Under the pieces are notes generated by a model. The model made no database searches and had not been told where the DNA came from. It worked only from the letters and a program-made list of their open reading frames with translations. A stretch of 64,000 nt of DNA. It comes from Phoronis australis. Its lineage: Eukaryota; Animalia; Phoronida. Shown here piece by piece: positions 52,201 to 63,537 of the stretch. Within the stretch, counting starts at the first letter, position 1. Each line of letters starts with the position of its first letter. The DNA is taken from contig NMRA01000022.1 of NCBI GenBank assembly GCA_002633005.1, positions 1,365,663 through 1,429,662 of the forward strand. Reading direction: 5' to 3'. The position numbers and the translations under genes are program-made.

Positions 52201-55200
52201 AAACTATAACATCACAACAGAAGAAGTAAAAAATAAACAAAGTGTGGCTAAGGAACGAGTCAGCCAATCAGTTCGATTTCTGGCTCAGAAACTATATCCC
52301 CTGCCCTAACTTGTGGACTAATAACTGAAGATGCAAACAGAGATAGTTTGACCACAAACTGTATGAGACATTGAGATGAGGACCATAAGCCAAAGCTTGG
52401 TTTCACCAGTGTCAGTATTGTGGTTTAACCACTGAGGTCTGTTTCATGAAAAGTGGCTTAGGACGTACTAAGTCACAAATCCGGTCTTACGCTCCAGGCA
52501 AATATTCTAAAAAATAATTAAAACTCGTTTTAGCAGCAGTCCAAAGTATCCCAGGACATACATATAACTGGCATTTACTGAGATAATATCTCTACAAATA
52601 TTTCCAGACTATGTTACGCCTATAATCTCTTGCCTGAACCTTTTCAATTTGAAGTGGGATCGTAAATACCACATTTCTGAAAACAGACCTTGGAGCGCAA
52701 CAGATCTCGCGTAAACGTCTCTCACACGTTACTTGCTACAACGGCCGCTTGGTAAGGAATTTACATGTAGACGTAAACTCTAGTGAAAGCACATTTCATA
52801 CAGATCCAGCGGATGAAATACTTGGTTTAAAAATCTCTCCTGCCTGCATGAGGCACGACTCTAACTTACATGAAGAAAGTTTTACTCACCCCACGACTTT
52901 GCCGTACTTCTCGATCCAATTCATGTGGCATTGTATTATTCCCTTTAAATACAGAGGAGTGAACAATAGTTGTAGTAACACAATGATAATAGACAACGAA
53001 TCAGTGTACCAATCAGCACCACTGTATTATTCCCTTTAAATACAGAGGAGTGAACAATAGTTGTAGTAACACAATGATACTAGACAACGAATCACTGTAC
53101 CAATCAGCACCACTGTATTATTCCCTTTAAATACAGAGGAGTGAACAATAGTTGTAGTAACACAATGATACTAGACAACGAATCAGTGTACCAATCAGCA
53201 CCACTGAGCTCAACTGTCTTGTGGAACCATCGAACCACACGTCCTAACAACGACGTCAAACGAACGAACAAATCATATGCAGGAACCGCAATCGGAACTA
53301 CAATTTCCATGTGGTTCGTACGGATGATTCGATGATGGTACAGTGTACGTATGATTTTTGTAAGAGGATTGCTTAACCGTGCGAATGCATGAGTTTTTTT
53401 GTACGTCAGGTTGATGTCATGGCTCGAACGATTCAATGATTCGACCTAATGTTTCGGAGGCTCAAGTGTATAATTTGCCTCTTGCACAGGTTCAATTTCT
53501 ACCCTTGTATCAATGTCGAAATAAATAATTACGCAGTTTAACACAAAAGTGGAAAAGGTCTGTGGTTGGAGTTTGTGTTAATCGCAAAGACGCAAGACCA
53601 TGAATAGAGGTAATTTTATGGTCTAGTTAAAATAACCTCATCAAACGAACCGAGTGACGAAATAGAAACATCCGCGATTTGTCTTCTTGAGTCCGGGAAA
53701 CAAAAATATTTGATATTTTCCTGCGAAATGATTTTCAAAGGGTTTTCGAAATAAGCGGATATGACCAAGACTTGCTAAAAGAACTAAATGTACATCAGTG
53801 TCCTTGATATTAAGTTCTACTTACAGTTTTGACAACGTAGGGTAAATGTCCCAGGAAAGGGAACGGTAGAGGACCAGGCTGTCCTTCTCGGCGGGAGGGG
53901 TTGTGCACGCAAGCCATGTAGAAGTAGCTGAAATTGAAATGAGGCTGTGTTCGATAGGATTTTATTCATACTGTATGAATACAGGACAGTATCATAAACA
54001 AAAGTCGTCGACAGTAGAAAGATGCACTCCGAAAAGGCGCAACCACAATTTCTGGGATTCACATTTCCCGAACAAAAATTTTAAGCACCGATTTGTCTGA
54101 CAACAGACCGCATTTTACACTTCAGTCCATCACTCATGCCAGTTTGTTTGCGTAAAGAGAATTCGACTAGCCAATCAGAAATGCCGGTGTACAAGAATTT
54201 CCTGAGGAAAATTAAGTAATACCTGCGTGCTGGCTCTGACCAACTAGCGGCACGCAGGAAACTAGCGAGCCAATGCGCCAGCACACTTCCACGTATAACA
54301 ACATGTAAGGGACATCCTTGTTTATGGTCCACAGCGTTTGCGCGCCAACATGCTTCTTTCCGTAATGCTTATTACATGCTTTATATTCTGTGCAACCAGT
54401 TCATAGCAAAAGTTGTTTTTAAAATAGTCTTCAGTCGCCCAAAAGACCACATCCATTTTTCGTGTTGGTATTAACCACGAGATTGCTTTGGAAATCGTCT
54501 AACTTTTAATGTTTGACAAAGAGAGATATATGAGTTTCTGAGTGATTCACTAAGGCTTCGATTAAAATGTGCATCTGACCAACAGCTTCTGTATCTTCAT
54601 CGTCATTCAGAAAAAAATGAAGTAAATTTCTTCCTTGCACAGTGGAGCAGACAACGGAAACGGAGTGGTAGTGCGCTGCACCACTGCCGGTCGCCTGGGA
54701 TCTTACACACCTATCGACTGTGGGATCGCCAAAACTTAGCGGTGGTCTGAATCGTACACTTGAAATTGGGTCTGAGCCCCCTTCCCTTACACAAACGCTC
54801 ACACACAAACTAAAACTGCACACATTGATAAATCTTGTTTCAGCCGTATAATGTTAATAACCGGGATTAATTAATAAACTCAACATTTCCTCATGTTCTT
54901 GCTGTTTTTATGCCGCAGGCCAAAGGGGGGGGGGCTACCCCTAAGTCCGCCTACTCTGAGGTACGATGTTGCATATACAAGTGAAGGCATAAACTATGTT
55001 TTAGTGTACTGGGTGGTTTCTACACCCCTTTCGTTACTATTCACAGTTATTGCTTTATACAAACGCAGTCTTTGTATAGGCCAATGATCGCCACATTGAC
55101 GTGACCTGGGCAAATCACTGGTGCACTGTAACCAGACCTTTCTTCTTCCCGTGCTCACTACGGAGGTTAAAAAGCGATATAGGCCTATCTCTCCCTAGCT

Positions 55201-55668
55201 ACTCGCAACTTGGGTATGAGTCATGCCTCAACTTTATCGCTTCCCTCACAACTCGGTCACGAGGTGGTGCAATATCTCTGGCAACTCTATTAAAGTTTTA
55301 AAAAACTGTCGATCTTCCCAATTCAAAACAATGTAAAATGAGTGCCACTATAAAACTCTCTCAACTCCTCTCAGACCTCAAGGTGCCCTCTTGAGCGAGT
55401 CGGACTTGCAACAGATTTGACAGTCCCAAGATCGAAGCGACTTAGAACCCCATATGCGTACAGGTATTTATTGGGTTCACGGGACCATGCGCTCTCCTGG
55501 TCATTACCATTGCAATATAGTCGATCCGTGATGTCCTGGCAATCAAAAGACGGTCGGTGAATATATACATGGATATACTTACATGCCGAACGACACCAAT
55601 GTGATCGCAAGGTAGACTGTCCATGACGGAATGCCAGTTAAAAGCGAAGTAATTTCTTGCACTCCCAT
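31203..55668 (-). CDS. Cytochrome P450, CYP3 clan (CYP3A-like), complete, 14 exons, 516 aa
   Basis: Exons 55668-55583, 53927-53825, 52942-52890, 47691-47595, 46125-46012, 45630-45542, 39540-39392, 38541-38402, 37991-37898, 36726-36569, 36320-36232, 35875-35738, 34578-34416 and 31280-31203 total 1551 nt; all GT-AG and phase-consistent. Motifs: N-terminal anchor, [15 protein letters not shown] (C-helix), [19 protein letters not shown] (I-helix), EALR, DPERF, heme motif [11 protein letters not shown]. Confidence 0.95.
31335..32247. mobile_element. Old non-autonomous DNA element with ~150-bp TIRs (CAGGGTG terminus, Tc1/mariner-like) in the last CYP intron
   Basis: caaggagttccatcgaaacagga...gtaaaacaga...ggagtcgaaaa at 31335 onward is mirrored by ttttcgactcc...tctgttttac...tcctgtttcgatggaacaccctg ending at 32247. 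TA TSD not preserved. Confidence 0.6.
32543..32680. repeat. Imperfect ~140-bp palindrome
   Basis: Arms gcgtagatgaagtaatat / atattacttcacctacgc plus further paired segments. Confidence 0.7.
33155..33450 (-). mobile_element. CR1-group LINE 3' remnant (ORF2 C-terminus)
   Basis: Minus-strand translation [24 protein letters not shown]...[26 protein letters not shown] resembles the H-x-F-F-x-C...LLYG...N...F tail typical of CR1-group ORF2. A frameshift lies upstream. Confidence 0.55.
33690..33760 (+). mobile_element. Degenerate tRNA-derived sequence (SINE head or tRNA pseudogene)
   Basis: A-box-like TAGCTCAGCTAGGAGAGCGC followed by a decayed B-box region; no intact cloverleaf. Confidence 0.35.
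38614..39159. mobile_element. MITE(s) with CATGGGCGGCGCACCATAG termini
   Basis: Left ends at 38614 and 39008; right end GTGCTGCGCCGTCCATG at 39159. TTTTA flanks the 39008-39159 unit on both sides. Confidence 0.65.
40476..41566. mobile_element. Non-autonomous DNA transposon with TAG...CTA termini (Academ-like)
   Basis: TAGACCGGGCGC and GCGCCCGGTCTA ends, plus the subterminal inverted 25-mer TGACGCCATATTGGAGAGTGCTACA. TSD not evident. Confidence 0.6.
41578..45406. mobile_element. ~3.8-kb DNA transposon spanning the gap, 29-bp TIRs, 7-bp TSD (P- or hAT-like)
   Basis: CAGGAAGAGATAACCAGGAAGGG(A/G)CAACT at both ends; ATGTTAT at 41571-41577 and 45407-45413. No intact transposase visible outside the N run. 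Confidence 0.8.
48051..52219 (-). mobile_element. Gypsy (Mag-like) LTR retrotransposon, full length but decayed, in CYP intron 3
   Basis: LTRs of about 118 bp at 52101-52219 and about 48051-48168 (about 7 differences). PBS TGGCGTAGTCGGCAGGAT (52095-52078) is complementary to the tRNA-Ser 3' end. PPT AAGACGGGGAGG at 48180-48169. Domain order gag-PR-RT-RH-IN. Confidence 0.95.
48127..52040 (-). pseudogene. Frameshifted gag-pol of the Gypsy element
   Basis: Gag zinc knuckle [14 protein letters not shown], protease FDVDNGS, RT PVVPIRK...LRVCGD and LYLDDIL (about 50170-50190), RNase [13 protein letters not shown], integrase [20 protein letters not shown] and [15 protein letters not shown], spread over several frames. 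Confidence 0.9.
52435..52690. mobile_element. Harbinger-like MITE
   Basis: AGGTCTGTTTCATGAAAAGTGG at left; CCACATTTCTGAAAACAGACCT at right. Confidence 0.55.
52932..53205. repeat. 3 x 91-bp tandem repeat overlapping the CYP exon 3 splice acceptor
   Basis: Unit tgtattattccctttaaatacagagg...accaatcagcaccac starts at 52932, 53023 and 53114. Confidence 0.95.
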
Positions 55669-57190
55669 GATGATGTGACTGTTTGTATTTAATCGCTGTT
55701 GTACAAATGCAGTGTAGGGGTTATCGTCATTGCTATTATTAGCAGTGTTGTAGATTTAGTCGCAGCACATTCGTCAACGTCATTCACCGCTGTAGTTAGT
55801 GTAATGTTTGATTATACGCTATGCTATACTGTGTAAATACAATACCGACCAGTGGCCTTATTATAAGTTGAAACGAAGACATTTAGTGTCGTTGACAAAA
55901 AGCCCTGTTGCTGCAAGTGTAGCTCCTAGTCAACAAAACGGAGCTTGCAGGAAACCCTGGGCACGAAAGCGCTGTACAATAAAAACCGAAGGTGCGTGTT
56001 TTCGCCTGTCCCGTGGCCGTTTTAATATTATAAGTGCTTCAGGTTCTCTAAACGTGACTGGGGCACACGCCTTGACCTTTGTTTGTCTGGAGCAAACTGT
56101 TCTAGTCGACGAGCGACGAATGATTACAAAATGCGTGGACCCCGTATGCAGCTGCTTGACAGATCTCTCGCTTGTGGCACGTGATGTGTGTCAGTTGTTG
56201 GCTTGTTTACTGAGTCGTCGTTCCAAAAGCATAAGGTTTGAGATCTGAACAACTTTTAGTCGGGAGCATGTCTACTACTAACAAACCAATCCGTCGCGAG
56301 CTGGATAATGAGAAACACTGGGTAAAGTTCAGTATCGCTAGGATCCGCCTTGGCCTCGCTAAATTCTAAATCACGTGTTCTCATTTAAAATATAGACTAC
56401 AGCAATATCTCAGCACGTTATCTTGCTTTTTAGCGAGGTCTAGCGTTACTGGACTCTATCCTGGTTTTAAAGTGTAACATGTTTCGGCATCTTAACTGAT
56501 AAATCAGGGATACAACTTTGGTCGGAATATGTGTAGTCTATTTGTTTATTTCATGCGCCCACCCACGCAGGGGGGGGGGCTCGGAAAGCTCTAATGAGAC
56601 CACCCATTTGGCGAAGTGGGCAAAAAGGTCCACCTCAGAGAAATAAAATGTCCGATCAGGGTAGCAAATGAGTGAAGTCCACTAAAGGCAGGAACTATAC
56701 CAAATTCGATGAATATACAATTCATCGTGTGGAGAATTTCTTGCTTACATTTGTGACCTCTCTGATTCCCGAAGCCCCAGACAACATTTACGATGCCTAA
56801 TCAGCACGCCCTTTGTATTCAATAAAATATCGGATATAGATCTGATTGAGCTAATGAAGTGGAAAGGTAATTGCTAGCTTACTGTCTCAACAATGGTTGT
56901 TGTCATTACCCCCATTTTGGTGTTCTCTGACATTTGCAGAGTTATAGCTTGCAAGTTTGGAGAGTAATTTTAACTTGGTACATAAAATATGTTACGAAAT
57001 AACTAAAAAGGTTAACTTGTGTTTATCTTCACAAAGGGCCACTTCCCAAAGGAACGAAAAGTTTCATATTGGTTATCTGTATTTAATTTTTAATGCTTCT
57101 GCCCACTTGTTTGTTTTCCTTACCGGAAACGGCCGGGTTGATAATTTTTATCCAAGTTTTGAACTTGAAGTACGAAAACAGTGGTAGATT

Positions 57191-57501
57191 TAGTGGCGGA
57201 TCTAGGATACCATAACGGGGGGGCAACATGTTGCCGGTCTCGGGGAAGTGGGCAAAGCGCGATTGTATACTGTATGTAGCGCAGGCCGAAAGATGCCGGG
57301 CCGGGCATTTGAACCTTCTGTCGAGGAAATCTACCAGTAGACTAAAAAAAAAAAGAAAAACGGTACGCCGCGATCTGGGGTCTGAGCCCCCTTTCTCCGC
57401 TACCGGTCCCATTTCCTCACGCTTCAAGCTGTTGCTGTTCCATTTTTTTGGCGGCAGCCAGCCAAGGGGGGGGGGGCTGGCCCCCTTTAAATCCACCTAT
57501 G
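57191..57501 (+). mobile_element. hAT-like MITE family B, copy 1
   Basis: TAGTGGCGGATCTAGG...AAATCCACCTATG; AGATT on both sides; homologous to 61026-61326 and 63213-63537. Confidence 0.8.
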
Positions 57502-60500
57502 AGATTTTGATCGCCAGCTAAACTTAATTAGTTAAGTTCATTGTAAGCCCGTCCCTAAACTTACCACATTACAGGTACACTAAACATTTCACGTGTCATT
57601 AAAGTTTAATCTCTATTAGAACTCAAATCATAAAATATATACAAAAGTGCAAATATGGTGATAACCAAGCTGAAGATTTGGAATCTCTGGACAATTTCGG
57701 TGGCACTGACTATATACCTGTTCTAGCTCTTTGTCAGTAATAAAAATGAAAAGTGTGCATAACAACTGTCCCTAGTCAAAAATCTGGTTAAACGAGATTG
57801 AAATAATATTAAAAAATGAATCCATGTGATATTGTTAACCCTGATCAGCGTTTGTTTATCTGCCGAGTATATCAATACGCATGGTAGTTTATCTTCAATC
57901 GTACCCAATGGTTGTAGTTTTTAGATTATTAGTCCATCGATTTTTATAAATCGAAAACCGTACTCGGTTGTTTTTTTCAGCTGAATACCGCCGTGGTGTT
58001 CGTTTATAACGAAAATTAGTGGTTAATGCATTTTGAAAATTCGCCATTACGTACAGTCAGAGATGTCTAATACAGGTTATGGTCGGATAATTACATTTAA
58101 TTGGGTCTTGCTTGCATCGGGCAATGCGGTCATCACCTGATTCGGGCGCCGCGTTCTCTTTGATCCTGGTACAAGCCGCTCAGAAGAACGAGCGGTGAAA
58201 ATACCCGCATATGTTTAGAAATGCGTGACTTCTTTGTAAGCGTATTATTCACGGTATGTAGCGCTGAACGTACAACGTGAATCTTAGTAAAAGTTCCACA
58301 ATCTCAAAAACTCGACCCCCCCCCCTTTCTAGAATGGGTGCGCGCATGTATTTCATACTATTAGAAGTAATTTATCAGCCAGTATATGCATTGAGTCAAT
58401 TATCTGCAAAACAATTTAATTCAGAAGAATATTATAATTCTGACCGCATGCAATTCGTTCATACGCCATTTTCAATTTTCAATTTTAGAATTTTAGGGTT
58501 GGCAAGCTACAGCACGCCGTGTAGCCGGTGGTTTCGATTGCTGGTAGCCGAAAGGAAATCCTATCATAGAATGTCGACACTTTTTCGCTTTAGTCAAGAG
58601 ATGCGTCACTTTCGTCAATCAAAGAAACCGGTGTAAACAGTTGTTACACGTGTATTTACTGGAAGAGGGCGTCTTCAAAAACTGGAGACAACACGTTGGT
58701 TATATGGAATGTACATGTATCATAGGCCTACGACAGGCCTACAGATTGCGCATGCGTGCGCGTGCTCTCGATTCAGGAGACTTGCAACAGGATAGTAGTT
58801 CACCAAAGCAGATGCATTTTGATGCTCAACAATCTTCAGATTAAATTAAATTTATTTGACTCAATTTTATTCGCCCAAAATACCTCCCGGTGCACATGAC
58901 ATGGTACAATCGTGGAAACAAAACTTGTTAACTATGGTTTAATACTTCATAAGATCGACGCAAGACCCTAGAGCGTGGCCATATTCGGATCAGTTTGCAA
59001 AACGTCATATTGGCGGGATTGTCACAGAGATAACCAGTGGTACATTTGTACTTAACCAGGAATCCAACATAGTTCATTATGGAATTCTACTTCTTTTAGA
59101 CAAAATTCGTAATGTTCTTCTTGATCACAAACGTTTTTAAGTCTGGTCTGCACGCCACCTGGTTGCCGCATCACCTGACCGAATGAATATATGTCTGAGC
59201 TGACTTCTTCCCCAACCGGCACTAGAACCAGGGACCTTCTGCTAGCCGAGCGGTACACTGATCCGGATCTTACCAAGCGAACAGACACTGTAAATGTGCA
59301 TTTTCTTTACATTCATCCGAACACCAAAGTCTCCCACGCTTCAATATGGGGCCGCTTTTATCATTTAGAAATGACATTTCATACTTGCTCATATGTTGAG
59401 GTATATTTGACAATACGACTATCGGGTATTCAGCAAAAGGTCAACGAAGACATGAAAGATATTAGCAAGTGGCTCACGCCAATTACGTTGCTGACTACCG
59501 TTGCTTACTTCAGGTAGTTGAGTCAATGCAGAAAATGGCCCAAGAAGGGGTGCTGGAAGGGAAGTCGACCAGTTCTTGAGGTATAGCCTGGTAGCACTCA
59601 CATCACTACTCAGAAAAGGAGACTGGGTTTGCTGAAGCTCCTCAAGCAGTATATTCTGAACTATCTCATAGTGGAGGTATATTCAATTCGTTTGTGCCAA
59701 CACAATTTTACTGTTATGCTGTCGTTTGCATGAGAGCTCTGAAGAAGTTGTATGCTGAACTTCACGCTCGCATTTTGCCTTCGTAAAATACGACCGTAAC
59801 ACTGAATGATCTGTAGAACTCTAAAATGGCCAAATTTGGTTACCTTCGGAATATCGTACCTCAGAAATGACTCAGTGAACTTATATAAAACGTTCAGATA
59901 CTATGCTTTATACCACAATATTAGCCTCGAATGGCCAATACAACCATGTAATAACCCGTTTAGTTATCTCACTAATGAGATACCATTTTGGCGGGAACAA
60001 AGGCCGTTTTCGAAATCGGACCGTAAGAGTTTCGGGTCGTCGACTTTACCACTGCATCACTCAGTGGCTGATGTCATCGAACGTGAAAATGTAATACTTA
60101 AATGAGCACGAGCGACAATCGCATGCTCAACAAAGAGCATTGTGCTGACATTTATATGCTATGGAAAATAAGACGCATAATTTCTATAAAAACGATATTT
60201 TAATTCAGTTAAATTTTTCTGTCGTGTTCTCTCGCTAATTTGAAGGGGGGTATCGTGTCTTCGGGATCCTTTGACTTGAGAATTATACTCAGTTACCTGT
60301 GATAATCTTTTTTAGCAGACGATAGTTTCCCGGTCGAAGCTTATCGTGATAAAATGTTGTTGTAAGCTATAACAGTTGCTAAACCTTAACTTATAGATTC
60401 ACTTTATTTCTATTTTGTTTGAAGTTTCAAGTGGTTTTGAGTAAAAGCATAGTTTGGCAAAAATAACTCGGCTTTTCTTAAAAGGTCACGACCTACGACC

Positions 60501-60593
60501 CCGGCCTCTGACATAGAAAGCAGTTACAAAGCTGAAGCAAGTCGAAAAAGGTAGATCGACTCATTGCAATGTTTCTCGTTCAGTATGTGGTAT

Positions 60594-60760
60594 AAATAAA
60601 TTATTACATGTTTTCAGTCGTTATCCCCCTTATCTAGACCCCTCGTGGATTTTGGAGAATTATCAGCCTAGGCCTAACGCCCCTTGGGCGATAATTCTCC
60701 AAAATCCACTCGGGCTATAGATAACGGGGGATAACGACTTCGCCATGTAATAATTTATTT
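60594..60760. repeat. ~167-bp near-perfect palindrome
   Basis: aaataaattattacatg...agtcgttatccccc...gtggattttggagaattatc / gataattctccaaaatccac...gggggataacgact...catgtaataatttattt. Confidence 0.9.
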
Positions 60761-61025
60761 TTATGCAATATTTTCCAAATAAAAACTTAGGCATGAAAAG
60801 CGTCGTCATATCGTGGTCCATCCACTCTTACGCTCGTATTTCACGCACACGTGAGCAACTTTTAGGTATCATTTCTCCGTGCGTGTATGCTTGTATGTCC
60901 ACAACAGTCTCTTGGTTTATAATGTCTTTTTAAGCTTTCTTCATATTGCATATTAGTTTTCCCAATGTTTACTAGGCATTGTCATCAATGTTGTAAGTAA
61001 ATTAGTAAAATTACTTATAGTTTCA

Positions 61026-61326
61026 AAGAGGCGGATCTAGGATTCTATAAGGGGGTGCAACATGTTGCCTCGGGGAATTGGGCAAAGCGCGAGTGTATGT
61101 ACACAGGCGGCCCGAAAGTTTCGGGTGCCGGGCATGTGGACCTTCTGTCCGGAAAATCTATCGGTGGACTAAAAAAAACGGGAACACGATTCCACCACGA
61201 TATGAGGTTTGAGTTCCCCCTCCCTCGTCCGGTACTAAATTCGATATTTCCTCACGCTTCACGTTGTTGCTGTTTCATTTTGCTTGTGGCATAGAAGGGG
61301 GAGGCGCTCCCCTAAATCCACCTATG
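61026..61326 (+). mobile_element. hAT-like MITE family B, copy 2
   Basis: GGCGGATCTAGGAT...CAACATGTTGCC...TTTCCTCACGCTTCA...AAATCCACCTATG shared with the other copies. Confidence 0.8.
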
Positions 61327-61348
61327 TTTTCCCTGTTGTGTGCTTGTT

Positions 61349-61392
61349 TGTGTGTGTGTGTGCGCGCGCGCGCGCGCGTGTGTGTGTGCGTG
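61349..61392. repeat. (TG)n(CG)n(TG)n microsatellite
   Basis: tgtgtgtgtgtgtgcgcgcgcgcgcgcgcgtgtgtgtgtgcgtg read directly. Confidence 0.9.
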
Positions 61393-63212
61393 CTCTTGAA
61401 CGCGTGTGTGAGTGCGGGCATCACGTCAAGGAGTAGCTAGCTAACATGTACTTGTATTTTTGTAAGGGTGAAATGAATTTGAATTATCAACTGAATGCCC
61501 TGAATAAACAAAAACAACAATAAGCAAACGAAACTAGTCGCACTTGTCTAAATCCAGTGTTAGCGAGGCATCGACGTAAACTTCATTAAGCTTTTCTTAT
61601 ATACATTGTAGCTTCGGTAGCAAACAGGTGATGCTATCGCCATCGAAATTATCGTAAGGTGCCGTAAAATGACCTTCCTTTGGGAATGCCTTCACCATTA
61701 GTCAGCAGTGATCCCCGCTGATAACTCCGATTGACACCGAAATTGAGACTTTCCACTCCAGCAACTAGTCGACGCTTCGCTGTTCAATCCACTTGTTTAG
61801 TGCGAAGTAAACTTAAGAGCATGTTCGCGAATGGACCAGGCAGAGGGTGATAAACGCTATGTCACAGATTCTCTTTTATATTTTGTCTGTGAGATGACAC
61901 TGGCCCCACTGACTCCAGACTACCTTTACTTTTTTTCAAAACGCCCCCTTTTGGTTTCCATGGATACTATTTGTTTCCGACAAGTTTTCAGCCTGGCGGC
62001 AGTTAAGTTTTAGTAAAATTCCGACAATTACGTTACGCAGTGGAAGTAAAGTTGAAATATTGAACCTGTGTTATTGATCAGGTGTGACCCTCGACTACTT
62101 TATTCATGAAAATTTAAAAGATTTCGATAGTTTTTTGTCTGTTTTTAGAGCCGCATAAGATGAGTACTTTTAGTGATTTTTGAAACTGTCAAAATTGGCT
62201 AAATTCGTATCCCGATATCTCAGCTGGCACAGGTTTCAGAACATTTTAGTGCCAACCAGTGTGTTGAGCTATTTTAGGTCTACAAAATAAGAAAAAAATT
62301 TCCTGGCGCGAACGGATTTCATGTCAACTGAAGTAAAAAATGACTGGTGGTTACGCCATTTCACCACAATGAGTAATGCCGACAAACGTCAACAAAAAGT
62401 GAACATTTGTTAATAGTTGGCCAACAAACGGCGAATCAATTTATCATTCATCAAATTTCGTATTTCTTAGGCACCGAGGGTACACTACTTTATTTCCAAA
62501 AAGTGCTCGTTGTCATGGAATTGACCTATCGCAAGCTCCGCCCCTATGCGAAAAGTCACGTGATACCCGACATTCGAACGAGATGTCAGAGGCAAATACA
62601 CTGTCGCTAAACGACGTTCCTGGTGGAATCGATGAGTGTTTTTGCACTATTTGAAAACGCTTCGACAGAGACAAGAGGCGATGCTTTTCAACAGAGAATC
62701 GTACGTTCATGATATGGTAATTTGTAAAGGTGACGATGAAAAAATGGCTCGAGGAGCCAGCGAAAATCCCCTCTGGCTGCCTCGGGGCCACCTTCACCCC
62801 ACAAATGACAAGGACACTGATACGATATGTTCAAGTAAAGTTGGGAATGTACCTTAAAGTCGAATTATCTGTACGATTCCATAGATTTCATGATCTTTCG
62901 AATAAAATCAGTGAAGATTCACCGATATTTTTATTCTGTCGTCTGCTAAATTTCGCCAAATAAAAAGTAGGTCACAACTGGTGGGACTCCTGGAGTAAAG
63001 TAGGTCATGGATTACAGACAGCACATGCACTATAGTCTCTGACTAGGTCGACTCGACAGCACTGTTTACGCTTTTCTAATCTTGTAACGAAATATTTTGA
63101 TAAAAAAATCAGGTTCATAGCTCATGTACACATTCATCTCGTCCAATCAGTTTGCTCCGGCCGGGTACATGAGGTCTAGGGCTGTGTCTAAGTCAAGTTA
63201 ATGTCTGGAACT

Positions 63213-63537
63213 CAGTGGCGGATCTAGGATACCACAAGAGGGGGTCCAACATGTTGCCTCGTGGAATTGGGCAAAGTGTAATTGTATGTACACAGGCGGC
63301 CCGAAAGTTGCAGGGGCCGGGGATGCAGACCTTTGGACCTTCTGTTCAGAAAATCTATCTGTGGACTAGAAACTTGAAAAACAGGAACACGATTCCGCCG
63401 CGATCTGGGGTCTGAGCCCCCCTCTTCCGCCACCAGTCCTAGTTACTGAACTCAATATTTCCTCACGCTTCACGCTCTTGCTGTTTCATTTTGCTTGCGG
63501 GGGGATGGGGCCCCTGCCCCCCCTAAATCCGTCTATG
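63213..63537 (+). mobile_element. hAT-like MITE family B, copy 3
   Basis: CAGTGGCGGATCTAGG...AAATCCGTCTATG; flanks GAACT / GAATT. Confidence 0.8.

Noticed and set aside
52932-53205. Regularly spaced repeats resembling a CRISPR array (also 27685-27904)
   Set aside because: The units are contiguous with no unique spacers, there are no cas genes, and the DNA is eukaryotic.
59100-59290. Possible tRNA gene on the minus strand
   Set aside because: Only a weak B-box-like GGTTCTAGTGCC and no cloverleaf; at most a decayed SINE.
59509-59587. Minus-strand AG/GT-bounded segment (LYLKNWSTSLPAPLLGPF) considered as CYP exon 2
   Set aside because: 53927-53825 carries the canonical PGP-x-P-x-PFLG motif and lies downstream of exon 1. 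This segment has no supported role.
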